Positions 24,524 to 39,157 of a stretch of 64,000 nt of DNA are shown here, in pieces (positions within the stretch are counted from its first letter, which is position 1; the number at the start of each line of letters is the position of its first letter). The stretch is from contig OX597821.1 in NCBI GenBank assembly GCA_951406725.2, positions 12,214,001 through 12,278,000 of the forward strand, written 5' to 3'. The notes under the pieces were generated by a model that worked only from the letters and a program-made list of their open reading frames with translations, did no database searches and was not told where the DNA came from. Position numbers and translations under genes: made by a program. This DNA is from Octopus vulgaris (lineage: Eukaryota).

Positions 24524-27500
24524 TAAATATTTAATATTGCCTCGCATTGAACTAAATTATATTACATATTTTTTTAGCCTCTACACGATACACAAAGATG
24601 CTATACCTGGGGACTGTAACTGCTAGAAATAACAACTTTATTAACACAAATCACACATTACCGTGTCATCACGTGATAGCTGATTTAAAAAAATACTATT
24701 TCGGGTACACGATATCTGAGGAAAAAGACTTTTGCTTTGATTCGATTGATCTGAGCATACCGTGGGTTATACAGCAATAGTGCATCACCCCCGAAAGAAA
24801 CAATTATAACAGCAACATCTTCAAACATATAAACACGATTACGTGTAATAAAATACAGCGCTATTTCTTTTTTCTACATAGAGTTCGGCTAAAAGAATAA
24901 ATTTCTACTGCATAAATTAGCAAAGAAATCAAACGGTCGATATGGTTATGTTGCAATAATCACTGCTTTTTAAGATTAGAATAATCTGTACTACTTGAAG
25001 CATGAAAATATTGAAAGAATTCTTGACTACACTAATGTGTTAAACTTGTTAGAATACTACACTGTAAAACAACACAACACTACACTTCAATGAACTACGA
25101 AAAAAAAAATAACAAAAACAGAAAATATTGAATATCACGCCACAGTTGATCTTATATCTCTCTCCTTCATAACAGTTAGGAAAACAGAAACAATAGAAGC
25201 AACAATACTGAAACGAAAGTCTGCAACATTAGGCCGTCAACACCACCAACAATACCATCACAGGCACGAACATCAACAACTGTAGTACCATCATCAGTAA
25301 AGCAATCAGAATAGCAAAACAATAAGTGATTCATAGAAAAAAAAAAACACAGCAACAGTTACAAATGAAATCAAAACATAATTGAATGCAAATGGTAAAA
25401 TGATTAAACATAATTAAACTTTAATTGAACACGGTTTCATTCAAATTTAATGGAATTTTAATTCCTTTGTGTTAAACTCAAGCTTAATAGCTGATAAATC
25501 CCACAACAAATATAGACTAGAGCACGCTTAATTACACACACGTACACACACACACACACATGTACGTAATCCCATAGTCTCTTCGCATGTGAGTTCTTCC
25601 TATGCTCATATACACTGACATTAAGATAAATGCAGGCGCCCACACACCTATGAAACCAGGTACGCGCTAGCAATGTCAGTCAAACACAGGCTCGTAAATG
25701 TATGTAGAATTAAGCACCTACATTAAAAAAATAATAAATCATGTACACACCTAGAGATATGCAGATGCTGACGGCTGATAGTATTCTTAGTATTTCATGA
25801 TTTATTTGATTTAATTTCATTCTAATGAAGTAAATTAATAACAGCATGTATTTAATGAAAGCAATGATCGAGAATGTTAAACGGAACAATGATGTTATAA
25901 AGAGGACAAAAAACTTTACGAGAATTCTGTAGTAGCTCGGAGATATTTGTTATAACGATATTAACGATAAATTAAAATAAATAATTATGTTTATGGTTTT
26001 GTATTCAGGAAGGGACTATGCTCATAGCCATGGTGAAAGCATATGGTATATGTACTTTTGAATAACAACACTGTGATTACTAGAAAAATCATATTAAGAC
26101 TTGGAATTCCAAAGGAAAAAGTTTTTTAAGGAATAACGAATTGGCGGCTAATGGTACATGCATGGTCAAGGAGTGGGTTAAATAAATTATAGGTGAAAGG
26201 ATGTGGTGAGGTTTTTGTCGTATTGCCCTCGGTGTATGCAGTGCGAGAGAAAATAATTCTGTGTACCAGAGGCCATGTTAAACGGTGCAGAGTGCGAAGT
26301 CTGAGGAATTTTATATCTGTGCATTAAAGTTTGAGTTGCGTTGGTGAGTTGTTTCACGGCAAGTATTACATAAAAATAATGATAATGTGTATGTTTTGAA
26401 TATTAAAGGATGTAGTAAAATCTCCTCCTTGAATAAAATGTTACTAATAAAAATACAAAGCCCCATATCTATAATTATTTTTTTATTTTAAAATCCATAT
26501 AAATATGATAGACAAACTCAAACTGTACAAGATTCGGGTGTTAATCTTGAGAACGAATTGTCTCAACTCTGCATTAACTTCCAATTTATGGAATTCGGAA
26601 AATGTATTCATAATTTCAAAAAAAATACTATGTATAAACACTTTGTTATATTTAGCATAATGTTGAGTCATATACTCCACCTTTACTAATTTTGTATTTC
26701 CGGTAGTAAATTGAAACTAGGTAATCAATATACGATGTTAAAGATAAAACGAAAATTATAGAGAATTTTATAGAGAAAATTACATATTCTGTGTAACGTA
26801 TTTGCTAACCCTTTCGCTTTCTTTAATACGGAGGAGAAAGATTAAGCTAAAGGCCTCCAAAATCGAGGTGATGTTGAAGCACATGGTGGATTTAGTTAAA
26901 TGAAGTTTGAACTCAGAGCTCAAGTCACCGGAGCGGTATTGTAACCTTTTCGCCAGCACCTTACCGTAGATTGGCAATCGAATTTTAAATGATTTCATTA
27001 TCGAACGAGAAAACTGAGATTGAGGCCAGAGAACTCAGAATTTATATTGAATGTATATAAAGATGTTTTTCCTAACTTAAACTACGGTATTCTAGCAATC
27101 AGAGGAGGTCAAGAGAAAGAGACAACATTGTACATCACAGGAAATAATTTAACCTCATTCTAAATCAGGATATCACGATTCATTGACATATTGCACTATG
27201 AATAGCCGTTGCCTATTAGTTGAAGATAAGACCTGGGCATACAATAGAACATTTCGACGACTGGCAAATGTTGAGTTCATCCTAACCAGATACAACTTCA
27301 CTATGAATGAAAGAAATTGAAACACTTTTGTCGATTTATTGAAAATCTAATTTACTTATGAATTTGATTTCAGTATAAACTTCTTCATGTCTTCTTAGTC
27401 GCTGGGAATTGCATTTAAAAATTAAAAAAGAACTACATGAAAATAGTTAAAGATTCAATGTATGTCAGTGGAGTGAGTACTTGACTGATATAAAATCAAC

Positions 27501-27659
27501 TAATATGATTTGATGAAGTAAATATCTAGTAATAACATTTGAAATATATATTAACCAGCAAATAGACAGTAGATATAACGGTAAAAATCTTACTGTTATT
27601 ATAGAACTGAACTTGCTTCTGTATTCAATAAAGTGTACGTAAACATCAATAATCAGTCT

Positions 27660-28320
<661 letters not shown>

Positions 28321-28941
28321 AGGCAAAATATATTGCAAATAATCTTCATTATGATCAATTACATAAACTAGCAATGTAATTTCAATTGTTCCGACGTAGC
28401 GGGTGATTTTACTTTTCAATTATTACAAATATGAACAAAAGAAACAAGAGGCATGCCACTAGTTTAAGAAAATTATTGATGAAATCCGTCACGATTAAAG
28501 CATACTAACTGAATACTGAAGTGAACACAACGCTATAATATTAGATTAACCTCTACTTTCTACTAATGATGTTATGTCTTGCATGAAATAAGCCGACATA
28601 CAAATAACTGAGATATGTTATCCAATTATTTAAATGCATTTTAGAAAAGCATATGGAACTAAATAAATATTTAAGTAAATAGATTGAATAAACGAAGAAA
28701 TAGAGAATTCGATTTAAATCATCATAAAGGGTGAGAAATGTTTAATTTGTTAAATGTTCACGTCAAAAGAATAATTATACACATGCAATGATATATTACT
28801 CTCTGTGTGTGAATGAGTGTGTATATATACGCAGAAAGACACACACACACACATATAATACGATAAATATGTTAATATATGCATAAGTATATATACGTAT
28901 ATATATATATATATGATATATAATTAATACATATATATATA

Positions 28942-29006
<65 letters not shown>

Positions 29007-29084
29007 CAAGACAGAGAAAAAAGAGACAGAAAGAGAGTGATAGACTGACAGACGGAGTGAGAGAGAATAATAATATATATATAT

Positions 29085-29484
29085 GGTATATCATGAGATA
29101 TATTTATACTTAGTGATAGCTTTTAGGTATTCTCACAATAGTATCACTATATTCGTTTATAGGTTATTTACTCACCTACATTCTTTTCAAAAATCTGATT
29201 TGTTTTATACTATTTTTCACTGTGAACATTGTGTTTGTGCCAGGTGTTGCATTTGTATTGGAGTTCTACTGAGTGTGTTTGAGAGTGGGAATGTGTACAT
29301 ACTAAGATATTTGCTTATTCTATTATTACAATATGTATCCATAGTTAAAGTTTAAAAAATTACTTCTTTGTCTGACGAATTTCTGATGGGAATTTACTTA
29401 AACTTTGTAACTCCTCCTATTACCAAATGAAACACGTGTAATGAAGAATTAGCAATACAAAAGAAAGAAAATTCAATTTACCCT
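29085..29484 (+). mobile_element. Penelope-like pLTR remnant between TA runs, carrying a hammerhead
   Basis: AT-rich segment of about 400 bp bounded by TA repeats, with a complete hammerhead near its 3' end. Boundaries inferred. Confidence 0.55.
29364..29448 (+). ncRNA. Type-I hammerhead ribozyme with intact catalytic core
   Basis: ttctttgt [CTGACGA] attt ct gatggga...tcctatt acc aaat [GAAAC] acgt [GTA] atgaagaa. 8-bp stem I with GU pairs, long stem II, palindromic stem III ACACGTGT. Predicted cleavage after GUA at 29440. Confidence 0.8.
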
Positions 29485-30366
29485 ATATATACCAAATCAT
29501 CATATTGCGATGCTATGAGTTTTCAGTTACTAGAATCGATTTGAAAGTATAAAATTAATAATCGAAACTCCTAAAGCATAAAATGTCAAGTATTTATATT
29601 AAATAAACCGCAGCGTGTACAATTTATCGCTAATGAGGTAATATTTTATGTTAACAAGACGTAATTATCACAGTAAATGCCGTATTTGAATATTCACTTT
29701 GCTGCCATTTCCCTAATGCTCTCTAGGAGACAAAAATACAGAGATTGGAGACATTTCAAACATTTTGAGACATGATACTCTGAGGCGTATGTTGTAACTT
29801 TGAATTCTCACTCCAAATCGGTTCATCGAGCAATAGGCCGAATCAGTTCAGTCAGGAATGCAATTAATATTTGATAGCAGTATAGTGAATTGAAAAAAAA
29901 CAAAAAAACTGGAAGCATGTTCCTTAGTCTGATGATAATTCCAGCCATCCCGGGAGTCCAACCTGAGTTGGTCACGGATCAACTAAACTGTTATTCATAC
30001 TTTCATGCTGTAACCGAGAATAACTAACTTGTAGAGCTGACATGTCGAACAGCTATTATCAACTAAAATCCCTCCAGAAAGATCATTCGCATATTAGCTA
30101 TTTTACGAGTATTAGGTAGATAGGCAGAATAGTTTGGCATTGGACAAGATGAATTGCAAAATATTCCTTAATTTCAAATCTCTGCAAAAATAACTGAAAT
30201 TCATTTCTCCAGAGTCGATAAGATAAAGTACCAGTTGGTTCAATGAATACTTGGTTCAATGTATCTACTAAAATCTTGTCCTGTAAACTACTGCCGTTGT
30301 ACTTAAAATGGAATCGATTATTATCGTTATTATTGTTGTTGTTGTTGTTGTTGTTGTTATTATTAA

Positions 30367-30417
<51 letters not shown>

Positions 30418-30420
30418 CAT

Positions 30421-30780
30421 ATACCCGACACTTGCTATGTATTTGTACAAGTTGACTCCAAATCTGACCCAGAGACCGCAAGTGACAACAAGTTAGAAGT
30501 TCATTTTGGTGTTATGCTTAGGGTGTCATATAATTGGTTTTGTACATTGTATTGTTCTAGTGAATGTTTAAGAAAATATAAGACAATTTAAAGTTTGTTT
30601 TAAAATTTGAGATTACGTAGACAGTATATTACGTAGGACATGGGCAGTTCCCATGAGCACAATTGTTTGAATTTCTGTCATTTTCTGGTTTCCTGGTATC
30701 GAGCTAGGTAGATGTGAGCCCCTTTTGCTATCATTCCTAGGGCACCTATGACAACAGGTATTGTTTTAATCTTGAGGTTC
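30421..30780 (-). mobile_element. Dong/R4-clade LINE 3' part (RLE C-terminus plus 3' UTR), with (AAT)n/(AAC)n tail at 30320-30420
   Basis: Minus translation NLKIKTIPVVIGALGMIAKGA...IVLMGTAHVLRNILST*. Confidence 0.85.
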
Positions 30781-30782
30781 TA

Positions 30783-31932
30783 TCAGGTTGGAAACTAAGT
30801 TCCAGCCGTTTTTTTTATTAAAATTTTTTAAAAGGTTTAATAAAAATAACCTCTAATTAATCAATAATGTATTCATCCTTGTTGTTTATAAGATTTTCAA
30901 TCACCCAACTTCGACTCGAAATATTGGTCCAGCAAAGCTCTCAATTCTGCATCAGTATTGAACGAAACTCCACATATAGCATTTGAAAGAGATCGAAAGA
31001 GGTGGAAATCCGTTGGTGCCACATCAGGACAGTACAGCAGGTGTGGCAGCACTTCCCAGCCATGCGTTTGAAAGGCTTCCTTGGTCATATTGGTGATACG
31101 AGGGCGAGCGTTGTCCTGCAGCAGAAGAACTCCATGCTGCCGATTAGGTATTCTCTCTTGAACGCCGTGTTGAGACGTTCCATCTGTTGAACATAAAGTT
31201 CCGCTTTGACCATTTGATTCCATTCACGCAATTCGTAATGGATAAACCCCTTTCAGTCCTACCATAAGCACAACATCGTTTTACGGGGATGAAGATCTTG
31301 TTTCACGCGCGGTGTCGCTTGTTTACCTTGGCTGAGCCATTCTTTATGCTGCTTCATATTGAGGTACAGGCAACATTTGTCGTCGCCAGTAGCGATTCGG
31401 TAAAGAAATCGTTGCTTGTGTCCATGAGTTGAGCGGTGACGAGCAAGCAAACCAGCGGAGATTGTGGCTCGTTGATTTTTGTTGTTGTCACTTAAAGAAT
31501 GCAGAACCCATGCTCCATATTTCTGAAACTTTCCGATCGAGTGAAGATGCTTCTCTATAGAAGTGTGGGAGCATTCCATTTTCGCTGCCAGTTCCCTTCT
31601 GGACGGCCAGAACGAGTTAGTCTTTGAGGTCAAGTTCAAAATTTTGAACTTGGCATACCAACCACAAGTGATTCTGTCATCTATGGCACTCTCTCCATAC
31701 ACAGTACAAATGTCGCAAGCAGCTTTTGCGGCCTTAGAACCTTGATGAAAATCAAAAAGAAGGAGGTGTCGGAAAAGCACGTTTTTCTTAACTTGACATT
31801 CCATTTTAATGATCTGAAAATAAGCAAAATTTAACTATAATTAACTCGAAAAAAAAGATTCCAAACTGATTAAACAATAGAATTCTCGAAAAAAATAGAT
31901 TCCAAAATTTTAAAATGCAATAAATTCCAAAA
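30783..31932 (-). mobile_element. Mariner (DD34D) element with near full-length but disrupted transposase; one TIR retained
   Basis: ORFs 31259-31804 (FRHLLLF, WVLHSL, RIATGDDK, PRKTMLCLW) and 30897-31223 (LLQDNARP, HLLYCPDVAPTDFHLFRSL). TA at 30781-30782 followed by the TIR-like tcaggttggaaactaagttcc. The other TIR was not found. Confidence 0.93.
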
Positions 31933-32390
<458 letters not shown>

Positions 32391-34469
32391 TAGAATTCAG
32401 ATCATTATTATAAAAGAAATCATTATTAATTCGAAACTTTGAGCGACAAATATCGTAGAAAGTGAGAATAACTATCATCCAGTATTTAGTCCTACATTCT
32501 TTGCATTGTGATTGTTTTTCAAGACAACTTTTCTTTGTCATTGATTCTTCAAGAACTAGACTTACACTGGAATCGATTTTATTGATCACACCTCCTTTTC
32601 GAAAACTATGGCCTTTTTTGTGTTAGAAGTTTTCATTATTACTCTATTGTGATTTATTCTTACACAGCAATAGAAAACAGAATAGTTGTTTGTTTTGGTA
32701 TTATATAAGATTTCTAGATATAATAATAAATCTCAGATCTGCTAATGGGTGAATCGTCTTGAGATATATAAAAGCAAGTGTTAAACAAGTCGTGTGTTTG
32801 ACAAAAAGATGGTACAATGATAATTTTAGAAAATCTCTTGTCAGATATATATAAAACATTCTTACAAACTCGTTTAAATCTGATGTTATTTTGTCTTCGG
32901 CTCTAAAATAAAAAAATAAAATGAAAACTTTCAAAAACAAAGAATATACTGATATGATGACAAAATACTGTCGCGAAATAAGCATTGTTTGCGATATTGC
33001 TGACACAGCTATTAAAGTACAAATGGAAACGAGGCAACTTTCACGACTAAACACAGCGAAACATTGATAATTGCATTATCAATATCAATGTTGTCATTTA
33101 GTACTGCACTATCATTACAATAGCATCAAAATAACATAGCATAATCGCAATGAATGATTTGCTGTTAAACAGGTCTCTTTACAACTACGGGGTTTTAATT
33201 TCGTTCTAACTGCAGGGTATTTCGAACAAGTGTATTTCGATTCATCAAAATCTTATGAGTAAAATACGTTCTTAATGTGTGAAAATCCGTCTAAGTTTTC
33301 TTTCATATAATTATGTTGTAAATATAAACTCCTCCTGTTTAAGCTGAATTTTAGTGTATCAACCAGTTATCTGGAAACACATGATCACATCTGCCTAGAG
33401 ATATCTAGGGATGCATTAACTAATACAGTTTTCTCATTTGAGAAGCTATCATTGTTGGGCTGAGTTGTTCTTATAAAAATATGTAGGTAACATTTATTGG
33501 TATCTTTCTTAGCTGCATGCATGAATATTCTGCTGAGAGGCTACTGGAGGTACAGGAAAAGTGGGTCAGTCTAAGATTTGTTATACGTGAGGTTGTGGAG
33601 TATCCATGGAGCTTTTTCTTCTTTCTGTTTGTGTTCATTGATTAATGTAAAGCTTAACGTTGGGGCCAAATTTGAAACACAGCTTTTTATGGTTTCTACG
33701 TGAAATCGATTCAGAGATATGTGAAATAGAGGAGGATTTGATTACATAACAGGAGTATGTTGTTCTTTGATCTAAATCTTACAGACATAACTAAAACTTA
33801 AAAGGACCAACAATTACAGTAATGGGTGCTTCCTGTGCTTTTCAGTCTAAACCATAAAGAAAACAAAATTATCCTTCACAATTCTTGTCCCTCCATCGGT
33901 AGCAACTGGAATGGAGGACCAATATTCAGTTGCAGTACATATTAATAATAGCAGGCTATTCTTTGTCAAATCAAACCCTACCAGAATAGATAGTGATAGG
34001 ATCATTAGAAGATATAATCCCAGTCATTCCCGAACGGAATTCTAAATACTAGAATGGCTTTGATAATAGAGCTTCTACACAGGTGTGCGCACACCTTTAA
34101 TCAATAGCAACCATTTAACTATATGCTGTTAATTTGGTCGATTAGACGTGGTCATAAGAACACGAGTTACCTGGAAATAAAATTACTTTACATTGAGCAA
34201 TATAGAAATTAATTTTCTTTATATTGAGCTGTATTGTAGTTAGGTTTAATTAGTTTATGTGCAATGACAAAACCAGCATAACTAAATTGAAGCATAGGAC
34301 TCATTAGCAAGCATGACTTGTAAGCTTGTAGCATAGTGCCTATAATTGTTTTATGTGCCTTTGCAGTCACATACATCCACTTGGCCCTCCTAAACTTGAT
34401 CTTTGGTCCCTTGTCTTAGGAATGTGTAGACACTCGCCCAGATTCGCTTTGCTAACGTGGCTGCAATGT

Positions 34470-34660
34470 TTTTCGTTGTATTTGTCCACCATCATTGCTT
34501 GACAAGCGGTGATGCTTTGTTTATGTCTCTGTAACTTAGAGTTTCGTCAAAAGAGACTGTAGAATAAGTACAGTTTTGGGGTCGATTCGTTCAAATGGAA
34601 ATTCTTGAAGATGATATCCAAGCATGACCGCTGTCTAATGACTGAAACAAGTGAAAATTA
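34470..34660 (+). mobile_element. SINE family A 3' half, diverged
   Basis: cattgcttgacaagcggtgatgc...agaataagtac...ggggtcgatt...agcatgaccgctgtctaatgactgaaacaagt. Confidence 0.75.
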
Positions 34661-35967
34661 TGTTTCTATATCCATAGCTATAAAGTTGTCTCTACACTTT
34701 CATATGCTTAAGTTAGAAGTGTTTTTGTTTTTGCTTATAAGATTAAAATAGAGTGTCAAAAACCGAATGTGTTAGGAAATTATAAGTCAGTTATTGAAGA
34801 TGAAAGCGACGCAAAATTCAGTATCGAAACTAAATTTACACACACAAAACCACACACACACATATGCACAGAGGTGTGAGTGTTTATATATGTATATGTG
34901 TATGTGTGCGTTTTGTCTGGATGTATTTTAATGAGTGTGTATGTATGTAATCATGCATGTGTACATGTATGCATGTATAAAGAGAGAGACACACAGACAC
35001 AGACAGAGAAATAAAGAAATAAATAAAGAAAGAAAGAAAAGAAAGAGAGAGAGAGAGTTATTTTAACACACTATGTTTTTCTTATGATATTCAATGTGGG
35101 GTACATAAAACTCATTATACTTCTCGTGTTCCCTCTTAATTTTGTTATTATACGTCAATGGATATAAAGCAGAGATTTGTTTATGAATTATGCGGTTGCA
35201 ATGATTCATTAGCATATTTCATCAGTTGATGCATGCATGCTTCTATAGATGTGCCTTATGCCTTCTGCTGTAAAACTCTGTGTGTCAAGTTAGTCCATTA
35301 TTCTTCAAGTATTTACGTTTTTCTATGTTGAGATGCTAGATGAAGCAATCTTAGACCATGTTGTATGCATTTGTGTACATATAACCGCAATGATATACTG
35401 TTCAAGAGACTGGCACCTGTATGCAATGGACAACCTTATCTAATCCATCCAAAGGATTGACGCCTACCGGTTCACACCTGTGTACATTTCGGAGAAAAAC
35501 AAAATTTTTTTTAAGACTTAATGAACACCAGTTTTAAAATTTTGTTATATCTTATAAAAAAAACTGATGAAAATTTGCAGCTTTTCGTTTATAGGATTGT
35601 GGGTATTTGTATATTCAATATTTAAAAGAGAAAAGAGTTTTTGAATTAAAATTCAAACCTAGAGCAAAATATCTAGTAACGTAACTATTCTTTGTATACA
35701 TCATACAGCAATAGCGTTAATAATGCAATCGGCGGCTCTCAGCTACGTCTGCATAGCATGACTTGAGCAGCAGCAACATGTGTACACTAAGATGCCATAG
35801 TGTCATACTTTCACTTTTCTAGAATTTCTCTCCTTCATATCTAAAATATTCCGAAACTACGTTCATGCTAAATAGAAAATACTTCAATACGAAAGCGAAA
35901 ATAGTCTGGAATAATCAAAATCCTATGTTGTCATATTTTCTTTTTCACTTTGTTTTTGATGGTGTCT

Positions 35968-35998
<31 letters not shown>

Positions 35999-36045
35999 GC
36001 CGCCTCTCTCTGTCTCTATGTGCCTGTCTCTCTGTATATCTTTTT

Positions 36046-36353
36046 TCTTTTATTTATGCGCCCTTTTCAAGCCTAGCCAGCCTCCCGGTTACCCGGTTTC
36101 CATTTCGTATGTGCTCACCACAGTTGAACGGGACGCCAGTCCATCTCAGCTTTACTCAAGAAACAGGAAGAAAGAGGGAGAGAAAGTTGTGCTGAAAAGT
36201 GTACAGTAGGGATCACCAACACCTCCTGCCGGAGTCTCGTGTATATATAAGTGTTTTCGCTTAATAAACACTCATAACACCCGGTCTCGGAATCAAAACT
36301 GCGATCCTACAACTGCGAGTCCGCTGCCCTAACCACTGGGTCATTGCGCCCCC
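36046..36353 (-). mobile_element. tRNA-derived SINE family C
   Basis: Reverse complement ggcgcaatgacccagtggttagggcagcggactcgc...gatggactggcgtccc...gaaaccgggtaaccggg. Confidence 0.88.
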
Positions 36354-37105
36354 ACCACTGCATATCTACATTTCCCTATATACCCGTCTCTCCCACTTCC
36401 TTACCCGATGAAAAGAGCACTGCCATTCATTACTCCTTTTTGTTTTTGCTATTTTAAAACTAGACCTATGTGTAGACTTGTGTCTAATACCTACCTTTTA
36501 AGATCATATGCGGTATAAAGTGAGCTGTTATCATACAAGTGAATTTCGCTCAAACATGTATTCCTATAATTCTGTCAACCTTTCTTTACAACTTTGAAGA
36601 ATTTTATCAACAGGTTATTAGTAAATATGTATATGCAATTATTTTTCCTCCCAGTATTACAGACGTTTTCTTTAACAGTGTGACGGGTAAATAGTTTTGG
36701 CAACGGTTTTCGATCCGAAAAAGCATGTTGACATTACTTTAGGAAATATTATTGCAAACGAACATAAACATCACTTTTCCCGACTTTTGTGGCGGAAACT
36801 ATTTTTATTATATTTCTAGTTTTATTTTTCCTGCTGTAACTACTGCGCAACGAGTACAGCAATGTATGTCTTCATTGCAGCATCTCTCTGTGGGAAGACT
36901 AATAATGTAGGAAAAATGTCTGGTATTTCTGAAGTGTTTACAATAAAATGTGTCACTTAAAATATTGGAAAGAAGAAACTTGTTTATGACATTTTTCTTC
37001 CTGAGCCAAACGATTCTAGTTACGTGGATTGAAAAACACATGTATCACCTTACAGAATAAACATACGGACGACATATTAAGGCTGTCAATATTATACTCA
37101 GCCTG

Positions 37106-37550
37106 GAAAGCAGGGAGCTGGCAGAATCCTTAGCATGCCGGGAAAAATGATGAATGACATTTCGTCTGTCTCATGTTTTGAGTTCAATTTCTGTCGTGGC
37201 CGACTTTGTCTTTCATCCTTTCGGGGTCGATAAGAAGAGTACTAATCAAACGCTGGGGATGATGTAATCGATCTAACTCCTCCGAACTTGAAGGCCTTGT
37301 GTAAAAACTTGAAATCTATTTTATACTTAACCTGAAAGGCTGCGTGAAAGCAGAATCGTTAGCACGCCAGGCAAAATGCTTAGTAGCATTTCGCCAGATT
37401 TTACGATCTGACTTCAAGGTCTGCCGTGGTCGACTTTGCCTTTCCTCCTTGCGGAGTTGAAAAACAATTACCAGTTGAGCGGTGGAGTTGATATTATCGA
37501 CTCATACCTCACCCGAAGTTGCTGGCCTTTTGTCAATATTTGAAATCAAT
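37106..37550 (+). mobile_element. Two diverged SINE family B copies in head-to-tail tandem
   Basis: Units about 37106-37325 and 37335-37555. Each has cctg(g)aaag...gcagaatc.ttagca.gcc.g...cgactttg.cttt...tttgaaatc.atatt-like sequence. Confidence 0.8.
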
Positions 37551-37949
37551 ATTATATTGCGTATGATCTGTAACAACAGTAATAGTAATGATGAAAAGGC
37601 CTAATCTGAAAGCGGAGTATTTTTTATGACTCGAAGATGACAAATATTTGTTAAAAATAGATATTTAAAAATATCGCAGTTCGACGGGTGTTTAAAGAAA
37701 CATATAAAGAAAAAATCGTCTTTCTTTACCAAAAAACTCAGTAGAAAATCAGAAAGACGCGGAGAATAAACATGAATTCTGACTGACGTTAATCTATTTA
37801 AAACCCAACATATTAATGATGGTGTATGAATGTTAATTCTGGTAGGAATACGTGCTCAGGTTTCAGCTATATCAAATACTGTGCAGGATATATTAAAGAA
37901 AAAATCGCATAAATATCTCTGCAAAAAGTAGATTATTCTAATTGAGGTA

Positions 37950-38360
37950 CGAAATCTGCATTTCTGAATAGAAGTTTCAGTCGATGCAACAACTTGAGAT
38001 GTTGACTGGTTCTTTATTTTATCATCGAACAATATGAAAGGCTGAGTCGATCTTGGCGTCACCTGAACTCAGAACGGAAAGAAATGGAACAAATATTCTT
38101 TTCCACTTTAGACGCAAGGCCTGAAATTTTTAGGGAGGGGGACAATCGATAAGATCGACCCCAGTACGCAACTGATACTTAATTTATCGGCCCCGAAAGG
38201 ATGAAAAGCGAAGTCAACCTCGACGGAATTTGAACTCAGAACGTAGCGGCAGACAAAGTAGCGCTAAGCCTTTCACCCGATGCGTTAACGTTTCTGGCAG
38301 TTCGCCGCCCACAAGTGGAATAAATACTGCACCGCATTTTCCATGTTACTATAGAGATTT
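37950..38360 (-). mobile_element. Younger SINE B (about 38095-38309) nested in an older SINE B
   Basis: The older copy's core is at 38020-38075 and its head resumes at 38315. Degenerate TSD tggaacaaata / tggaataaata. Confidence 0.75.
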
Positions 38361-38998
38361 TGCTATCTTAGTATTCTTTTTTTTTGTTTTGTTATTTTAT
38401 TTTTTGAATTAATTCAGGCCACTTAATCAGTATCTATCGTCGGAAACCATATGATATCATTTGTGGCAGAATAACTATATCAGTAGCAATGTTTAGGTGA
38501 GTTGATACACCTACATTTTTAATTTACTCTATACATTATTTTCTAATTAAATTAAAAGAAGTTTTTCTGACGCTGAAATTCGTATTTTCTATCCAAATTT
38601 TACATTCAGTCGCATACAACATATAGTTTGCTGCCAGAACATCTATTGAGTATTAGTAATAAATTTACTTATAATTTTAACATGTTCGCTTCATTTTATT
38701 AATATAGAAATGTTGAAGGTAAAAAACAAAAGAACAGATATTTTCAGATTCTACAGGAAGGAAAATTTACAAAAGTACGATGTATTCGTATTTTATCTTA
38801 CAGCAAGTGACATATATGTGTTGGGACACCGCTTTCTAGGCTTTTTAATATTAACTCTAGCACTTTCGGTCCCCTTTGCCGAACCACAAAAGAACCTAGC
38901 AAAGAAAGTACATGGAAGTAAAGACACCAATACAGATTCACAAACGGTGAAGGGTAACAAATCAAATACAGGTACATATATATATATACATATATATA

Positions 38999-39157
38999 TT
39001 GGGTCATCACATAAATAGTGCGTTTTTATATTTCCTTTACTTTTCAAAATTAAGATGAACAAAATCCCCTTTTTAATCTAAAATATACTCTATTTCATTT
39101 TCTAATATGATCTTCCATCTATCTCGTAGAATTGGAAGATCCCTTTCCCAAAATTCA
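38999..39157 (-). mobile_element. Mariner 3' end (TIR plus last codons)
   Basis: TA followed by ttgggtcatcacataaatagtgcg, a TIR-like start. Minus translation EFWERDLPILRDRWKIILENEIEYILD* matches the mariner C-terminus. Confidence 0.75.
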
